Sequence record: DRR378314_1779
Length of the DNA: 57,182 nt
Strand: one strand, 5' to 3'
Shown here: positions 55,478-57,182 of the stretch, in pieces
Position numbering within the stretch: position 1 is the stretch's first letter
How the letters are laid out: every line of letters begins with the position of its first letter
Position numbers and translations under genes: made by a program
The notes under the pieces: generated by a model
What the model was told of the DNA's origin: nothing
The model's database searches: none
What the model saw: only the letters and a program-made list of their open reading frames with translations

Positions 55478-57182
55478 CTACTGCTTTTCCATCTTCTGGT
55501 GAAACTCAGCCAAATCGGAAATAACTTTCTGGTTTGGCAATTCCGCGTAGGGTTGTTCAGCAAACTTAGTACCACGTAGTTGCACCGAAATACGTGCCGC
55601 ATCGGGGTTTAACATGGTTTGCTGGTAAAACGCTTTGGCGTCCGCAAGGCTTACGTTTTCAACGGCATCAATTAACTGCTCTTTGCTGTCGAATTCGAAG
55701 CGCTGCAAGCTTAAGTCAGCCAGAAATGGAGACACTTCTTCCATTAAGTTCTTAGGCTTTTCGTTCAATGTAATCAAGGTACTCTGTTTGATTTGATTGA
55801 ACTCTTCTGGCGTCATTTCCTGTAAGTCTTCCCAGTATTCTTCCTTGAAGCTATCAAAGCGTTCCTGCATATCGGCAACGCTTTTAACCGGCGTCTGAAT
55901 ATACAGCCCAAAACCTGCGTAATTATCCAGGCTCGGTGCGAAAGAGCCCACAGCATAGGCCAGTTGCTCTTCTGTACGCAGGGTATCAAAGGCTACGGTA
56001 CGGAAGTGACTTTGCAGAACCGTTCCTGCCGCTAACGCGGCAAAACCCGGTTGAGGGTGAATGTGCGCATCGACCACCGCTACGTCAGCAACGTCCAGGT
56101 CACGACGTAGTACAATGGATTTTCCTGTTTCAGGCTTCCAGAATTGAGCCATTTTAAAGTCAGTAACCTTACGGTCTTCGGGTAAGCTGGCCTGAATGTT
56201 TTTAACAGACTCCTCCAGGTCACCTCGGTCATAATTACCAAAGGCAAATACGCGTATCGCATTATTGCCCAGTAAGGTATTCATAAAGTCAGACAAATCT
56301 GCCGGAGTTAATCCTTTTGCTGTTTCAATTAAGTCCGTTTGATTAAAACCACCTTCACGAATCAACTGTCCGTAGGCGTCAAAACTTTGATAAATAGGAA
56401 ATTGCTGACCTTTGTTCTGCAGTTCTCTGATATAGCGATCAACGGCCTGTTTAAAGGCCTGCTCTTCTACGTTGAAGCTCAAATTATCGATAGCTCGTTC
56501 AAGCAACTGAGGCTGCTTATCGGTAAAGCCGGACACCGTTAGTGACAGGCCGGTGCCATCACTAAGGTTCAGGTTCATACCCGCAATATTCGCCTCGGTG
56601 TCCAGAGCGCTAACATTCATATTGTATAAATCGCGCCATAAAGCAGTTAAAACGTCCGCTTTTATACTTTTAATAGGTGCGTCGTTGTTTATTTGAATAT
56701 AAAACACACCGCGCGGCTGGTCGCTGTATAACTGACTTGGATATTGCCAGACCTGAATGCCTTCCTCTTCGATAACCACTTTGGGTTTATCAAAAGCGTC
56801 GTTCTGCTTAATGGCAAAACTCTCTGGCAACAAGGTATTCACTTTCGGCAGGTTAATGGACATTTTCGGTTCGTTATCCCAGCTCGCGATTTCTTCTTGC
56901 GGTATGTCAACAACCTTGTATTTGCCTTCATAGAAATCGAGCTCGCTGTCGTGCGGCTCGTCCTGACTAATATACCAAACGCGCAGTCTTTCCGGTGTTA
57001 GTTGTGACAGTACCGAGCGGATGGCTTCAGGATCAAACTCACGGTATTCATAGGGGGCGCTGATGGCATATTCGGCAGGGAAGTTCTGCATTGTTTCAGC
57101 CAGAGAAGAAACGTAGCTGAACTCATCGCTTTTTTCTAAGAAGCGAAAACGATTATTCAGGCTGGTTTTTATTTCTTTAAAG
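55478..57182 (-). CDS. M16 (insulinase/pitrilysin-like) protease, 5' end outside window
   Basis: The frame is open to the window edge (…FKEIKTSLNNRFRF…). FDTLRTEEQLAYAV is the M16A C-terminal RTxEQLGY motif. Confidence 0.88.
   Translation of the reverse strand, partial: FKEIKTSLNNRFRFLEKSDEFSYVSSLAETMQNFPAEYAISAPYEYREFDPEAIRSVLSQLTPERLRVWYISQDEPHDSELDFYEGKYKVVDIPQEEIASWDNEPKMSINLPKVNTLLPESFAIKQNDAFDKPKVVIEEEGIQVWQYPSQLYSDQPRGVFYIQINNDAPIKSIKADVLTALWRDLYNMNVSALDTEANIAGMNLNLSDGTGLSLTVSGFTDKQPQLLERAIDNLSFNVEEQAFKQAVDRYIRELQNKGQQFPIYQSFDAYGQLIREGGFNQTDLIETAKGLTPADLSDFMNTLLGNNAIRVFAFGNYDRGDLEESVKNIQASLPEDRKVTDFKMAQFWKPETGKSIVLRRDLDVADVAVVDAHIHPQPGFAALAAGTVLQSHFRTVAFDTLRTEEQLAYAVGSFAPSLDNYAGFGLYIQTPVKSVADMQERFDSFKEEYWEDLQEMTPEEFNQIKQSTLITLNEKPKNLMEEVSPFLADLSLQRFEFDSKEQLIDAVENVSLADAKAFYQQTMLNPDAARISVQLRGTKFAEQPYAELPNQKVISDLAEFHQKMEKQ

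Overview
A gene-dense chromosomal segment from a marine gammaproteobacterium. The pyp-pcl locus and gene order point to Idiomarina (inferred, not searched). No rRNA, tRNA, CRISPR array, transposase or prophage was seen. Left part: a partial BCCT transporter, a PAS-PAS-degenerate-GGDEF gene converging on a photoactive yellow protein operon (pyp-pcl), a TetR regulator and a CynX-like MFS transporter. Core blocks: gmk-rpoZ-spoT-ridA; trmH-recG-ubiE-ubiJ-ubiB-tatABCD-DGC-hemB; gppA-rhlB; trxA-rho-ubiD-fre. An NhaC/MetT transporter with MetJ-like boxes, a GNAT-nitrilase fusion and an EAL-HDOD gene sit between ridA and trmH. A TPP riboswitch heads a thiamine uptake/salvage operon. Right part: a second TonB receptor, dps, trhO, TauE, CNNM/CBS, YqaA, hemH, an aspartic protease, a GAF-PAS-GGDEF-EAL protein, an MCP, a 1-Cys peroxiredoxin, yaiI, a membrane DGC, gdhA, an M1 aminopeptidase and a partial pitrilysin. 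The most interesting observations are: (1) a hairpin in the trhO leader shaped like a tRNA-Val(UAC) anticodon stem-loop, which is TrhO's own substrate and suggests autoregulation by tRNA mimicry; (2) an ACP-like DSL domain at the N-terminus of the PYP chromophore ligase; (3) the GGDEF gene next to pyp looks catalytically dead; (4) the BCCT carrier has a non-canonical substrate box.
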